In this document: positions 1 through 10,216 of the stretch, piece by piece | Layout: every line of letters begins with the position of its first letter | Position numbering within the stretch: position 1 is the first letter of the stretch | NCBI GenBank assembly: GCA_965248435.1 | Contig: OZ252100.1 | Coordinates: 2,944,001-3,008,000 of the forward strand | DNA length: 64,000 nucleotides | Direction: 5' to 3' | Source: Candidatus Latescibacterota bacterium | Lineage (GTDB): Bacteria > Latescibacterota > UBA2968 > GCA-2709665 | Made by a program: the position numbers and the translations under genes | The notes under the pieces: model-generated | Databases searched by the model: none | The model's input: only the letters and a program-made list of their open reading frames with translations | What the model was told of the DNA's origin: nothing

Positions 1-1
1 T

Positions 2-319
2 AAAAACAACATCATTGTTTCGAACACGGCCTCCTGGCCTAACAAAAAATACGGATGGGGAGTGTTTGCCAGTGATAATGCAATCATAACTTCCTCGTTC
101 AATGACGTTTGGAGAAACAACAACGATTATGGCAGTATGACCGGGGGTGTTTCACAGCCCGGTGACGGAGACATTTCTCAGAATCCACTGTTTATCGATT
201 TACCACAAGGTAAATTCCACCTCAAGCCACAGTCGCCCTGCGTAGATGCAGGTGTAGATGTAGGGCTACCGTTCTTCGGCAGTGCACCAGATATGGGCGC
301 ATTCGAGCTTGAGCAGTGA
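2..319 (+). CDS. C-terminal part of a secreted beta-helix / choice-of-anchor-Q-like protein (5' end outside the window)
   Basis: Frame open from base 2 (KNNIIVSNT...). Ends with the typical tail NPLFID...FHLKPQSPCVDAG...PDMGAFE. Confidence 0.7.
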   Translation, partial: KNNIIVSNTASWPNKKYGWGVFASDNAIITSSFNDVWRNNNDYGSMTGGVSQPGDGDISQNPLFIDLPQGKFHLKPQSPCVDAGVDVGLPFFGSAPDMGAFELEQ

Positions 320-357
320 CTCTCACAAGTGTTGTTCCGAAAAGAAGGGGATTAGAT

Positions 358-1014
358 ATGTCCCTCACGGATGAGCTCCAGGCGATTCGAGACGGAGCAA
401 AAGATCGGTTCCCAGGCGAAACGCTCGCAACAATGGAAAAGGCGATTGAGGACCTTTCTCGATCCGGCATCCTGGATAGAAGCCTCAGAGTGGGAGACGA
501 AGCGCCTGATTTCGCCCTTCCCAACGCGAATGGGCAAACCGTCCGCTTCAGTGACCTCCTGGGAAAAGGGCCGGTGGTCATCAGCTTCTACCGAGGGAGT
601 TGGTGCACGTTTTGTGCTGCAGAACTCGATTCCCTCCAGGCATCCCTTCCCGCTATCAATTCGCTCGGTGCGTCGCTTATCGCAGTCTCTCCGCAAACGC
701 CCGAAAATTGTGAATGCACTGCAGAAGACAACGATCTCACCTACGAGTTGCTGAGCGATCGTGGGAACAAAGTCGCGTCGGCATTCGGGATCGTCTATCG
801 CCTCCAGGACGAGATACAGGCGGTCTACAAGGAGATGGGACTCGAGCTTCCTGAGTACAATGGTGACGACTCTTTCGAGCTGCCCGTCCCGGCCACCTAT
901 GTGGTCGACAAGACCGGGACGATCCGAGTCGCATTCGTCGACCCGGACTACACGAAGCGCATGGACCCGACCGAGATCCTCGCCGCGCTTCGAAAGCTCA
1001 ATGCCTCTGACTAA
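358..1014 (+). CDS. AhpC/TSA peroxiredoxin-like protein (Cys form, WCTFC)
   Basis: Motifs VGDEAPDFALP, FYRGSWCTFC, LPVPATYVVD. ATG 358 chosen after a purine-rich stretch. Confidence 0.9.
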   Translation: MSLTDELQAIRDGAKDRFPGETLATMEKAIEDLSRSGILDRSLRVGDEAPDFALPNANGQTVRFSDLLGKGPVVISFYRGSWCTFCAAELDSLQASLPAINSLGASLIAVSPQTPENCECTAEDNDLTYELLSDRGNKVASAFGIVYRLQDEIQAVYKEMGLELPEYNGDDSFELPVPATYVVDKTGTIRVAFVDPDYTKRMDPTEILAALRKLNASD

Positions 1015-1066
1015 CTCCGGCTCGGCCTGACCCTACCCGCACCGCAGCACCCACATGAGGACGACA

Positions 1067-2036
1067 ATGCCTTTGTCCATGCGCATTGGCCTGGGCCAAT
1101 TCAGCGAGTTGACCGATGAAAAACTGGCCTTTATCAAGCAGTTGGGTGCGGACGATTTCTTGATGAACACCCCAAGGCTGCCCGGCGACAACCAATGGGA
1201 ATACGAAGACCTGCTGGCCCTCCGCGAGCGTGCCGACAAGGCGGATCTGAGGCTGATGTCCCTCGAGAACGTCCCGGTCACCTTCTATGACAAGATTATG
1301 CTCGGGCTGCACGGACGAGACGAACAGCTCGAGCATATGGGCAATACGATCAAGAACATGGGCAGGGCCGGCATTCCTATCCTCGGCTATCACTGGATGC
1401 CGAGCAAAGTGTGGCGCACGCCCGAACTGGACGCGCTCAGAGGCGGCGCCAAGGCCACCCGTTTCGACCTGGAAGAACACCTGGACGCGCCGCTCTCGCA
1501 CGGTCGCGTGTTTACCGAAGGGGAAATGTGGAAGAATCGATTGGTACCTGGAGCGACTCCTGCCCGTGGCGGCGGAATCCAACGTAATCCTCGCCTTGCA
1601 CCCGGACGACCCGCCGGTAGAATCCCTGGGGGGCGTCGCGCGCATATTTCGTAACTTTGAGGGGTTCAGACGCGCGATGGAGAAGTTTGACAGCCCGGTG
1701 CACGGACTCGATTTTTGTAAGGGATGCTGGTCTGAGATGGATCCCGATGGCGTTTTGGACGCGATCCGCTATTTCGGCAGCAGGGGAAAGATCGTCTACG
1801 TGCACTTCCGCGACGTCCATGGTCAAGTGCCCTGCTTCAACGAGTGTTTTATCAACGAAGGCAACGTAGATCCCTTCGAGGTGGTCAAGACCCTCAAGGA
1901 AGTCGGTTTCAGTGGTTTCATGATCACCGACCACGTGCCGAAAATGGTGGACGATACCCCCTGGGGTCATCGGGGGCGGGCCTACGCCATCGGCTACATG
2001 GCTGCACTGATCGAAATCGTAAACAGAACCGGTTAG
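1067..2036 (+). CDS. uxuA: Mannonate dehydratase family protein, frameshifted near 1537
   Basis: N-half in ORF 1055..1654 (GIPILGYHWMP...EMWKN). C-half in ORF 1287..2036 (WYLERLLPVAAE, LALHPDDPP, YVHFRDV, DHVP, AYAIGYM). Confidence 0.8.
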
Positions 2037-2044
2037 CTCCGACG

Positions 2045-3139
2045 ATGCCCGAATTACCAGCTCGCCGAATTGCCTGCTTCATCTCACCTCACGGGTTCGG
2101 TCACGCCTCCCGAGCCTCTGCGATTATGGAAGCGCTGCACGAGGTCCATCCCGGCCTTCATTTTGAAATCTTCACCAAAGTCCCGCGCTGGTTCTTCCGA
2201 CAGTCGCTCGGCGAACCCTTCACCTATCACACATTGATGACAGATGTCGGAATGTGTCAGGCTTCTCCCCTGCACGAAGACCTCCCAAAGACCTTGCAGC
2301 TCCTTAACGACTTTCTTCCTTTCAAGAAAACTCAGATCGCGAGCCTAGCGAGAAGGGTCACAAAACTGAAGTGCGAGTTGGTCCTGTGCGACATCGCCCC
2401 GATGGGCATTGCCGTCGCGAAGAAGGCCGGGATCCCTTCCGTTCTGGTTGAAAATTTCACCTGGGACTGGATCTATCGTGGATACGTACGCTACGATTCT
2501 CGAATAGAGCGTCACGCCACTTATCTGAAGAGTTTGCTCGGCGATGTCGACTACCGCATTCAGACCGAGCCGATCTGTCAGCCAGTCGACGCTGACCTGG
2601 CGACGCGGCCCGTGAGTCGCAAAGTCAGGATGCCCAAAAAGGAATTGAGAAGGCGGCTGGGTGTCTCGGATCGAAGCCGAATGGTCGTGTTCACAATGGG
2701 GGGCGCGCAGCAGCCATATAAATTCCCAACTACCCTTCTGAATCAGAGAAAGGTCACCTTCGTCATCCCCGGAAGCAGCCGGACCGTCAAGCGTCGCGAC
2801 AATGTCGTGCACCTGCCTTATCACTCTGACTTCTTTCATCCCGATCTGATCAATGCCGCGGATGCCGTCATCGGAAAGCTCGGAGTGAGCACGATCGCCG
2901 AGGCCTATCACGCAGGAATTCCGTTCGGTTACGTAAAGCGACCTCGCTTTCGTGAGTCCAAAATTTTGGCCGCCTATGTAGAACGCCACATGCACGCCCG
3001 CGCGATCACCGAGACACAATTCCAGAACGGCAAGTGGATCTCAGGCCTTTCGGACCTCCTGTCGGCCAAGAGACAACGCCGGAAAGGACCCAATGGGGCG
3101 GTGCAGGCCGCGAAATACATCCACAAATTGTTGAAGTGA
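2045..3139 (+). CDS. GT-B fold glycosyltransferase-like protein (resembles the N-terminal domain of L-arabinokinase)
   Basis: Motifs SPHGFGHASR, DIAP..IAVAKKAGIPSV..NFTWDWIY, DAVIGKLG.STIAEA. Confidence 0.7.
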   Translation: MPELPARRIACFISPHGFGHASRASAIMEALHEVHPGLHFEIFTKVPRWFFRQSLGEPFTYHTLMTDVGMCQASPLHEDLPKTLQLLNDFLPFKKTQIASLARRVTKLKCELVLCDIAPMGIAVAKKAGIPSVLVENFTWDWIYRGYVRYDSRIERHATYLKSLLGDVDYRIQTEPICQPVDADLATRPVSRKVRMPKKELRRRLGVSDRSRMVVFTMGGAQQPYKFPTTLLNQRKVTFVIPGSSRTVKRRDNVVHLPYHSDFFHPDLINAADAVIGKLGVSTIAEAYHAGIPFGYVKRPRFRESKILAAYVERHMHARAITETQFQNGKWISGLSDLLSAKRQRRKGPNGAVQAAKYIHKLLK

Positions 3140-3150
3140 AAAAATATCCT

Positions 3151-3175
3151 GTAGCCGCAGGCTTCAGCCTGCGGC
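3151..3175. repeat. GTAG-type REP-like palindrome
   Basis: GTA-GCCGCAGGC-TTCA-GCCTGCGGC in an intergenic position. Confidence 0.55.
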
Positions 3176-3251
3176 GCCCAATAGCAATGTGATCCAAACG
3201 CTTGCTCAGTCTGTAATTCAGGTTTTGGAACTGCCCCAACCGGAGGAAACA

Positions 3252-4127
3252 ATGCAGACAGATCTCGAGAAAAGGGTCCTTGGAAACACTGGGATGGTCG
3301 TAACGCAGCTTGGATTTGGCGCCGGCTTCAGAGGTGAACCCACCGAAGATGAGGCCGACGAAGTGTTCAACGCCGTGTTGGACGCCGGCATCAACTTCAT
3401 CGACACCGCACCCTGTTATGATTTCAGCGAGGACCGCATCGGCGCCAGTATCAGCCATCGTCGAAGCGAGTTTTATCTGGCGACCAAGGTCGGCTGCAAT
3501 ATCGGCCCGGGCGGAAAGTCGGAGGGCCCTCACATCTGGTCCGCTGACAACTGCCATAGAAACATCGACGAAAGTCTAAGGCGAATGAAAGTGGACTATG
3601 TGGATCTTCTGCAGCCGCACACTCCCTCTTTCGAAGAGACCGAGCAGGGCCGGCTCGTGGACGCACTGAACGAGATCCGCGATTCCGGAAAGACGCGATT
3701 CATCGGTATCTCCACAAATCTTCCGGACCTCCCCGCCTACATGGAGAGCGGCGCCTACGACACCTTTCAGATTTCTTACTCGGCGCTTCACCGTCGCCAC
3801 GAAAACCTGCTGCAGGATGCCGCAGACGCGGGCGGAGGCGTGATCATTCGCAGTGGAATTGCATTGGGCCATCGTGGCGGGGGACGGTGGGATAAGTGGG
3901 AGAAAGCGGGACTTGACGACCTGCTCGATGGAATGGACCGTTACGAATTCGTCCTGCGGTTCACGCTCACGCATCCTGCCTGCCATACAAATATCGTCGG
4001 AACGGGAGATTTGGATCATTTCAAAGCCAACCTCGCCGCTGCCAAAGCCGGTCCCCTTCCACAAGAGATCTATGACCAGGCCAAAGAGCGCCTGGCGCAG
4101 ATCGGAGAGGTACCGGCTGCTTCTTAA
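3252..4127 (+). CDS. Aldo/keto reductase
   Basis: GINFIDTAPCY, LATKVG, YVDLLQPH. GGAGG SD before ATG 3252. Confidence 0.92.
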   Translation: MQTDLEKRVLGNTGMVVTQLGFGAGFRGEPTEDEADEVFNAVLDAGINFIDTAPCYDFSEDRIGASISHRRSEFYLATKVGCNIGPGGKSEGPHIWSADNCHRNIDESLRRMKVDYVDLLQPHTPSFEETEQGRLVDALNEIRDSGKTRFIGISTNLPDLPAYMESGAYDTFQISYSALHRRHENLLQDAADAGGGVIIRSGIALGHRGGGRWDKWEKAGLDDLLDGMDRYEFVLRFTLTHPACHTNIVGTGDLDHFKANLAAAKAGPLPQEIYDQAKERLAQIGEVPAAS

Positions 4128-4230
4128 CGTGAATGAGATAAGGCAAACATGAGAATCCTCATTACCTCGGAGCCGAAGCGGCTCGAACGCTTTTGGATAA
4201 AGAACAGGACCAAACCGTAGGAGCAACGAG

Positions 4231-5247
4231 ATGAAAACTTACGCCTACGTCTCGATTTCCAAAGAGGATAAGATCCTGACTTTCGGGATGGATCCCGAAT
4301 CCGGGAAGCTCACGCCACTCAGAGAAGTCCCGATCAAGGGTGGGCCCTCGGCGCTGGCCGTGGATCCCGAATCGCGATTCCTTTACGCGAGCCTCCGATC
4401 CTCCAAAGAGATCGCGAGCTTCCGGATCAATCCGTTCTCTGGGGACCTGTCTCTCCTGGGCAGAGTGTCCCTGGATGCCGATGCCTGTTACATCGCCACG
4501 GACCGCAGCGCGAACTTTTTGCTCTCCGCCTACTACGGCGCCGGGAAGGTGACCGTACACCCGATCACAGAAGACGGGTCCGTGGGCTCGGATCTCGTCG
4601 CGTCACACGATACGGATTCTCACGCACACTGCGTTCTGCTGGACCGATCCAACAGATTTGTCTTCGTGCCGCACACCCTGCCCGCAAACGCGATCTACCA
4701 GTTCCAGTTCGATGAAGTCTCGGGTGCGCTCACGCCCGGCGAGGTCCCTGTGGTGACTCCGGAGATCCCCTCGGGGCCCAGGCACATCCTCTTCCATCCG
4801 GAGAAAGAGATCTGCTACACCTCGGACGAAGATGGCTCGTGCGTCACGGCCTACCGCTTCGATCCAACGTCTGGTACCCTGCGGGCGCTTCAGGCTCTGT
4901 CCACTCGCCCCGAGGGCTACGAGGGTGAAAACAACAGCGCGCAGATCCACATCACGCCCAACGGCCGATTCCTCTATGTTTCAAATCGGGGTCACGACAG
5001 CATCGCCTCTTTCTCGATCGATCGTGCGACAGGAGAGCTGACATCCATCGGGCATCAACCCACCGAAAAGAGACCCCGCGCCTTCAACATCGATCCAACG
5101 GGGAACTTCCTCTACGCCACCGGTCTGGACACGGGAAGGCTCGTTGCCTATCGGATCAATCCGGATTCAGGCAATCTCACGCCCCTGGAAACCCATCACG
5201 TTGGAGAGGGACCGATGTGGGTGCTCTTCCTGATATTACCCGGCTAG
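4231..5247 (+). CDS. 6-phosphogluconolactonase-like lactonase (beta-propeller), copy 1
   Basis: HAHC, GPRHILFHP, IHITPNGRFLYVSNRGHDSIA, PRAFNIDPTG. Confidence 0.9.
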   Translation: MKTYAYVSISKEDKILTFGMDPESGKLTPLREVPIKGGPSALAVDPESRFLYASLRSSKEIASFRINPFSGDLSLLGRVSLDADACYIATDRSANFLLSAYYGAGKVTVHPITEDGSVGSDLVASHDTDSHAHCVLLDRSNRFVFVPHTLPANAIYQFQFDEVSGALTPGEVPVVTPEIPSGPRHILFHPEKEICYTSDEDGSCVTAYRFDPTSGTLRALQALSTRPEGYEGENNSAQIHITPNGRFLYVSNRGHDSIASFSIDRATGELTSIGHQPTEKRPRAFNIDPTGNFLYATGLDTGRLVAYRINPDSGNLTPLETHHVGEGPMWVLFLILPG

Positions 5248-5262
5248 CGTACAAAAAGAGCA

Positions 5263-5288
5263 CCGGTTCCCGTGAAAATAGGAACCGG
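5263..5288. terminator. Hairpin downstream of lactonase 1
   Basis: CCGGTTCC-N10-GGAACCGG. A near-identical hairpin lies at 10186..10216. Confidence 0.55.
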
Positions 5289-5475
5289 CCACGTCGCCGT
5301 TCCGCTTCAGGCGCAAACCTTCGCCTGAAGCTGCGTGAAAGCGAATGCTAGGATTTCAGGACTTTCAGACTATATGCCTGACTGCTAACGAAAAACCGTT
5401 TGTTGATCGACCGACACCTGAATCGCTTTAGGCGTCCACCAGTGCCTGTAGTTTTTCAGTCAAATTAGACGCCTC

Positions 5476-5675
5476 CCCGCAGGCCGCACGAACATCGTCG
5501 GAACGGCAATCCTGGACCACTTCAACGCGAATCTCGCGGCTGCCAAGGCCGGATCTCTCTTCCGAAAGAAATCCGCTAACAGGCCAAGGAGCACCAGGCG
5601 TATCCTCGGCTGGCAGCCGAACCGCCTGGAACGCTTTTGGGCAAAAGACAGGACGAAACCGGTGGAAGGCAAGAG
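5476..5675 (+). pseudogene. Degenerate duplicate of the 3' end of AKR 3252..4127 plus its downstream spacer
   Basis: Translates PAGRTNIVGTAILDHFNANLAAAKAG versus PACHTNIVGTGDLDHFKANLAAAKAG. The spacer ...gaacgcttttgg...caggac.aaacc... matches 4170-4230. Confidence 0.8.
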
Positions 5676-6692
5676 ATGATAATCTACACCTACATCCCGC
5701 TATCCGGAGAGCAGAAGATCCTGACCTTCACGATGGATTCAGATACCGGCGAGCTTACCCCTGTGCGGAATATCGCGATTGCTGGGGGGCCTTCGGCGCT
5801 GGCCGTGGATCCCGAATCCCGATTCCTCTACGCGAGCCTGCGGTCCTCCTCTGAGATCGCGAGCTTCAGAATCGATCGGAGTTCAGGAGACCTGTCTCTT
5901 CTGGGTAAGGTATCCGTTGAGAACGACGCCTGTTATCTGACCGCGGACCGCAGGGGGAGGTTCTTACTCGCCGCCTGCTACAGCGCCGGAAAGGTGGCCA
6001 TCTATCCTATCGGACAAGACGGAACGCTGGTCGACCCACCCGTCACAGCGCTTTCAACGGCCTGGCACGCCCACTGTATTTCGATAGACCCATCCAACAG
6101 GTTTGTCTTCGTTCCGCATACATTGCCGACCAATGCGATCTACCAGTTTAAGTTCGATGAAGAATCGGGTGCGCTCACGCCCGGTGAGGTCCCGAAGGTC
6201 ACCCCGGAGATCCCCTCGGGACCCAGGCACATCCTCTTCCACCCGGAGAAAGAGATCGCCTATACCTCGGACCAAAACGGGTCGACCGCCACGGCCTACC
6301 GCCTCGATCCCACGGCCGGAACCCTTCATCCCTTCCAGACCCTTTCGACTCTCCCCGAAGGCTACAAGGGCGACAACAATTGCTCGCAGATCCATATCAC
6401 CCCCTCTGGTAGATTCCTCTACGTTTCAAACCGGGGCCACGACAGCATCGCCTGCTTCTCAATAGACGACACGACGGGAAAACTGACTTCCATCGGGCAG
6501 CAGCCTACGGAAAGGAAACCCAGGGCCTTCAACATCGATCCCACGGGCAACTTCCTCTTCGCGGCCGGTCGGGATACAGGCAGGCTTGCGGCTTACCGAA
6601 TTGATCCCGAGTCCGGCCGCCTCATTTCGCTGGAAACGTATCACGTCGGCGAGGCGCCCGTGTGGGTACAGTTCTCGAGATTACCGGACTAG
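5676..6692 (+). CDS. 6-phosphogluconolactonase-like lactonase, copy 2
   Basis: Close paralog of 4231..5247 with the same motifs. Confidence 0.9.
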   Translation: MIIYTYIPLSGEQKILTFTMDSDTGELTPVRNIAIAGGPSALAVDPESRFLYASLRSSSEIASFRIDRSSGDLSLLGKVSVENDACYLTADRRGRFLLAACYSAGKVAIYPIGQDGTLVDPPVTALSTAWHAHCISIDPSNRFVFVPHTLPTNAIYQFKFDEESGALTPGEVPKVTPEIPSGPRHILFHPEKEIAYTSDQNGSTATAYRLDPTAGTLHPFQTLSTLPEGYKGDNNCSQIHITPSGRFLYVSNRGHDSIACFSIDDTTGKLTSIGQQPTERKPRAFNIDPTGNFLFAAGRDTGRLAAYRIDPESGRLISLETYHVGEAPVWVQFSRLPD

Positions 6693-6933
6693 CAAGAGCA
6701 ATTTTGTTTGTTTAGAGCCAGGTTTCAGATAAGGCCGTAGCTTGAATGCGCCAGTGGTTCCTGTTTGAGGCACTGAAATAACCCACTGAAATCAAAGTCT
6801 TTCAAAGAAATGACCCTCTAACCGCCGCAACCTCGTCACGATTCCACCCACGTCGAGTTCTGAGCCCGTTTTTCGGATCATAGTATCTCCAATAATCACA
6901 GTAAGTTTACTTCTTATCCGGTCTGACAATCTG

Positions 6934-6948
6934 TGGCACAAGGTTTGC
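6934..6948 (+). promoter_or_regulatory. sigma54 (-24/-12) promoter upstream of the CHRD gene
   Basis: TGGCACAAGGTTTGC = TGGCAC-N5-TTGC. Confidence 0.65.
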
Positions 6949-7182
6949 CATGATGTGTTGCCGAGCCGGCAAGAGGAGAGATTTGTCCTAAATCGAAGGC
7001 ACCGTCTACTAAGGATCCCTCTGAGATGAAGCTTGCTCGGGGGGTCTTTGTGCTTTCGGTGCAAAGTGAATCCATGAGACCAGAATAGGAGGATTGCCTA
7101 TGGAGATTCATCGAAATATGATGGGGAATAGGGGCGAGGGTCGAAGTTGGCTACAATTTGGACAAGTCGGGAGGGTCAGGTC

Positions 7183-9774
7183 GTGAAAAGCGAAATCTTA
7201 GTCCTAGCAACCATTTTGTCTGTCTTCCTGGTCTCCGTAGGCGTCTATGCCTCGCACGACCGGGCGGTCGTAAACGTCTCAGTGGACCTGGAGGGGGCCA
7301 ACACGCCTGCTTCGGCTACCACCTTTACGGCCTCCCTGAATGGGAGTCAGGAGGTCCCTTCGGTAACCGTTGACGGGACCGGGACCGGGGCATTCGTACT
7401 GGACCGCGAAGGCCTGCACTACCGCATCACCGTGAACGAACTTACGGGTGACATGACAGCGGCGCACTTCCATAATGCGTCGGCTGGAGCAAGCGGCGGG
7501 GTCGTCCGCACGATCCCGTTTGACGGGACCTCGGCGTCCGGTGTGTGGCGCTCAACCGACGCCGAACCCCTGACGGCTGAGATGATCAATGAAATCGTCT
7601 CTGGGAACATCTACGTCAATGTGCACACGGCAGCGAATCCCCCTAGGGAAATCCGCGGCCAGGTAACTCTGGCCTCAGGCGCAGGATTGTGGGCGTCACT
7701 CGACGGTGACCAGGAAGTCCCTTCAGTATCTGTGGACGGTAAGGGGACAGCGACGTTTGTCCTGGACAGCGACGGCCTCCACTACTGGCTCTCAGTGGAC
7801 GGGTTGACCGGAGCGATCACCGGCGCGCATTTCCACAACGCGCCCGCAGGAGAAAGTGGAGGCGTCGTTCGTGGCATTACCGATTCCTTCAGTGGTACGA
7901 CAGCGACCGGGACGTGGAGCGCGACAGATAGCGAGCCGCTTAGCCCCGACATGATCGATGAGATCCTGGCCGGGAACATCTACCTGAACGTCCACACCGC
8001 GGAAAACCCCCCAGGCGAGATCAGGGGTCAGGTGATCCTGATCTCCGGCGCCAGGATGGTCGCCGCCCTGGATGAGGCTCAGGAGAACCATACGGTAACC
8101 GGTGATACAGAAGGCAGCGGCACCGGGGCCTTTGCCTGGGACGGCTCTGGGCTCTCCTATCAGATCACAGTGAGCGGACTCACCGGCCCGATGACAGCCG
8201 CACACTTTCACAATGCTTCCGCGGGGGAAGACGGAGGCGTGGTCAGAACCATTACGTTTGATGGAACAACGGCGACCGGTGTCTGGCGCGACTCGGATGC
8301 GGAGCCCCTCACTCCTGAAATGATTGTTGAACTCCTGGCGGGCCGGATCTATGCCAACGTCCACACCGCGGAAAATCCAGCAGGTGAGATCCGGGGTCAG
8401 GTCAACATCTCCCCTGGCATCGGCCTTCAAGCCGCCCTGGACGGAAGCCAGGAAACTCCCTCTGTAGACGTTGACGGAAGGGGAACCGGGGCGTTCACCT
8501 GGGATGAAGATGGCCTCCACTACTGGGTCACCGTGGACGACTTGACCGGGGCAATCACCGGCGCACACTTCCACAATGCTCCCTCGGGGCAGAGCGGTGG
8601 AGTCGTCCACGGCATTACAGAAACCTTTTCTGGAAACACCGCCTCAGGGGTGTGGTCAATATCAGACCCGGCGTTCTACGGAGAACTTTGGGCCGGCAAT
8701 CTTTATGTGAATGTCCACACCGCGGCAAACGCGCCCGGTGAAGTCCGCGGCCAGGTCAAACTGCCCGTATCCGGCGCAGGAGGTCGAACTGTGGCCTTCT
8801 CGCGGTCGATATCCGGGAGAAAAAAGGACTTCCTTTGGAAAGCCACGACAGACATCGCCGGAAGCGCTTCCATAGAGATCACCGCAGAGACCGAAGGTGT
8901 ATTCCGATCTTCAGGCGCAAACGGATACTATGTGGCTCGACTCTCAGAACCCACGGGAAAGATATTGGAGCAGTGGGGTAGCATCCCGATTAAGGGCGGC
9001 CGGATGCTTGACTTGAGTCTGCGCGCCGGCCAGCGAGCGGCGATCGCCGGACCTGTATTCGGCACCCCCCTCGAAGCGGCAGGAAAGCCGGCGTCCGGTC
9101 CAAGTACCGTGACGGTTCTATCTGGCATTCAGCCCCTGGCACCCATAGCCTCCCTCGGTTCGGTCGAGATCAACGAGAAGGGCACGATCGGGATGCCGAT
9201 TCAGATTCTTGGAGCGAACCACCTCTATGCTGGGGATTTCACCTTAACCTTTGATCCTCACCTGGTGCACTTCCGCAGCGGGGAAATCAATGGGACCGAG
9301 TTAGGCTTTTCCGAACAAAGCCCGGGTCGCGTTTCCATCTCGTTCCACGGACTGACAGCCTCCGACAAGGCCGAGATCCGGCTGTTCTTTGACCGCCTCT
9401 CCGGAGACGATCGTCTAGGTCGCGTCCATCTGGCTGGACTCTTCATAGATACAGAGTTTATGCCAATCTCGTTCGTGAACATCGCTGCGCGGTTCGATCG
9501 GAATCTCCCGACGACCCATGTTCTCTATCCCAACTATCCCAACCCCTTCAACCCGGCAACGCAGATTCGCTATGACCTGCCGGAGGCCGAAAAGGTCAGG
9601 TTGACGATCTATAACTCGCTTGGCCAGGAGATCGGTCGACTGGTCGATTCGCGTCAGGCAGCGGGTTCCTACTCCGTAACCTGGGACGCGGAGGGATTTG
9701 CGTCCGGACTTTACCACTACAAACTCGAGGCCGGTTCATTTGACGTGGTCCGGAAGATGGTCTTGCTGAAATAG
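7183..9774 (+). CDS. Secreted protein with 4 CHRD domains, a cohesin-like domain and a T9SS/Por-type C-terminal domain
   Basis: Signal peptide (KSEILVLATILSVFLVSVGVYA). Four L.G.QE.P...AHFH...NVHT..NP.GEIRGQ repeats. C-terminus YPNYPNPFNPATQIRYDLP...KMVLLK. Confidence 0.85.
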   Translation: MKSEILVLATILSVFLVSVGVYASHDRAVVNVSVDLEGANTPASATTFTASLNGSQEVPSVTVDGTGTGAFVLDREGLHYRITVNELTGDMTAAHFHNASAGASGGVVRTIPFDGTSASGVWRSTDAEPLTAEMINEIVSGNIYVNVHTAANPPREIRGQVTLASGAGLWASLDGDQEVPSVSVDGKGTATFVLDSDGLHYWLSVDGLTGAITGAHFHNAPAGESGGVVRGITDSFSGTTATGTWSATDSEPLSPDMIDEILAGNIYLNVHTAENPPGEIRGQVILISGARMVAALDEAQENHTVTGDTEGSGTGAFAWDGSGLSYQITVSGLTGPMTAAHFHNASAGEDGGVVRTITFDGTTATGVWRDSDAEPLTPEMIVELLAGRIYANVHTAENPAGEIRGQVNISPGIGLQAALDGSQETPSVDVDGRGTGAFTWDEDGLHYWVTVDDLTGAITGAHFHNAPSGQSGGVVHGITETFSGNTASGVWSISDPAFYGELWAGNLYVNVHTAANAPGEVRGQVKLPVSGAGGRTVAFSRSISGRKKDFLWKATTDIAGSASIEITAETEGVFRSSGANGYYVARLSEPTGKILEQWGSIPIKGGRMLDLSLRAGQRAAIAGPVFGTPLEAAGKPASGPSTVTVLSGIQPLAPIASLGSVEINEKGTIGMPIQILGANHLYAGDFTLTFDPHLVHFRSGEINGTELGFSEQSPGRVSISFHGLTASDKAEIRLFFDRLSGDDRLGRVHLAGLFIDTEFMPISFVNIAARFDRNLPTTHVLYPNYPNPFNPATQIRYDLPEAEKVRLTIYNSLGQEIGRLVDSRQAAGSYSVTWDAEGFASGLYHYKLEAGSFDVVRKMVLLK

Positions 9775-9890
9775 TGTTTAAGATAGAAGCCCGAGCGGTC
9801 AATCATTTGAGAGGTCTGTGGTCAGAGGTCAGCCCCCGGCTCTGCCCTAGCTGGCCAATGGCCGAATTCGATTGTCGCGTTGGACGAGGG

Positions 9891-9934
9891 GAGAGCAGTC
9901 CGCTTTCTGAATTGAAATCGGCTGCTCTCTTTTA
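9891..9934 (+). terminator. Rho-independent terminator after the CHRD gene
   Basis: GAGAGCAG...CTGCTCTC followed by TTTT. Confidence 0.55.
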
Positions 9935-10001
9935 TCATCATGCAAGGTTGTTCACGCTAAACATTGATAAGTGAGCGCAATTGTGTTAGACCAGTTCGTA
10001 G

Positions 10002-10175
10002 CCCCGCGCCTTCAACGTCGATCCCACGGGCAACTTCCTCTTCGCGGCCGGTCGGGATACAGGCAGGCTTGCGGCTTACGGAATTGAACCCGAGTCCGGC
10101 CGCCTCATTTCGCTGGAAACGTATCACGTCGGCGAGGCGCCCGTGTGGGTACAGTTTCTGACTTTACCCGGCTAG
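10002..10175 (+). pseudogene. Orphan duplicate of the lactonase 3' end
   Basis: Encodes PRAFNVDPTGNFLFAAGRDTGRLAAYGIEPESGRLISLETYHVGEAPVWVQFLTLPG*, nearly identical to 6519..6692. No start codon or N-terminal part. Confidence 0.9.
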
Positions 10176-10185
10176 CGTAGAAAAA

Positions 10186-10216
10186 GGCCGGTTCCCGTGG
10201 AAAATGGGAACCGGCC
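10186..10216 (-). terminator. Terminator hairpin (U-tract on the minus strand, after the histidine kinase)
   Basis: AAAAA-GGCCGGTTCCC-N9-GGGAACCGGCC. Confidence 0.65.

Noticed and set aside
5459-5473. gtcaaa(a)ttagacgcc shared with 31255-31270
   Set aside because: Only about 15 bp and two copies. Not distinguishable from chance without a genome-wide count.
6970-7030. Glycine-riboswitch-like GGAGAG...CGAAGG
   Set aside because: The CTCTCAGG element is lacking and the downstream gene is unrelated to glycine.
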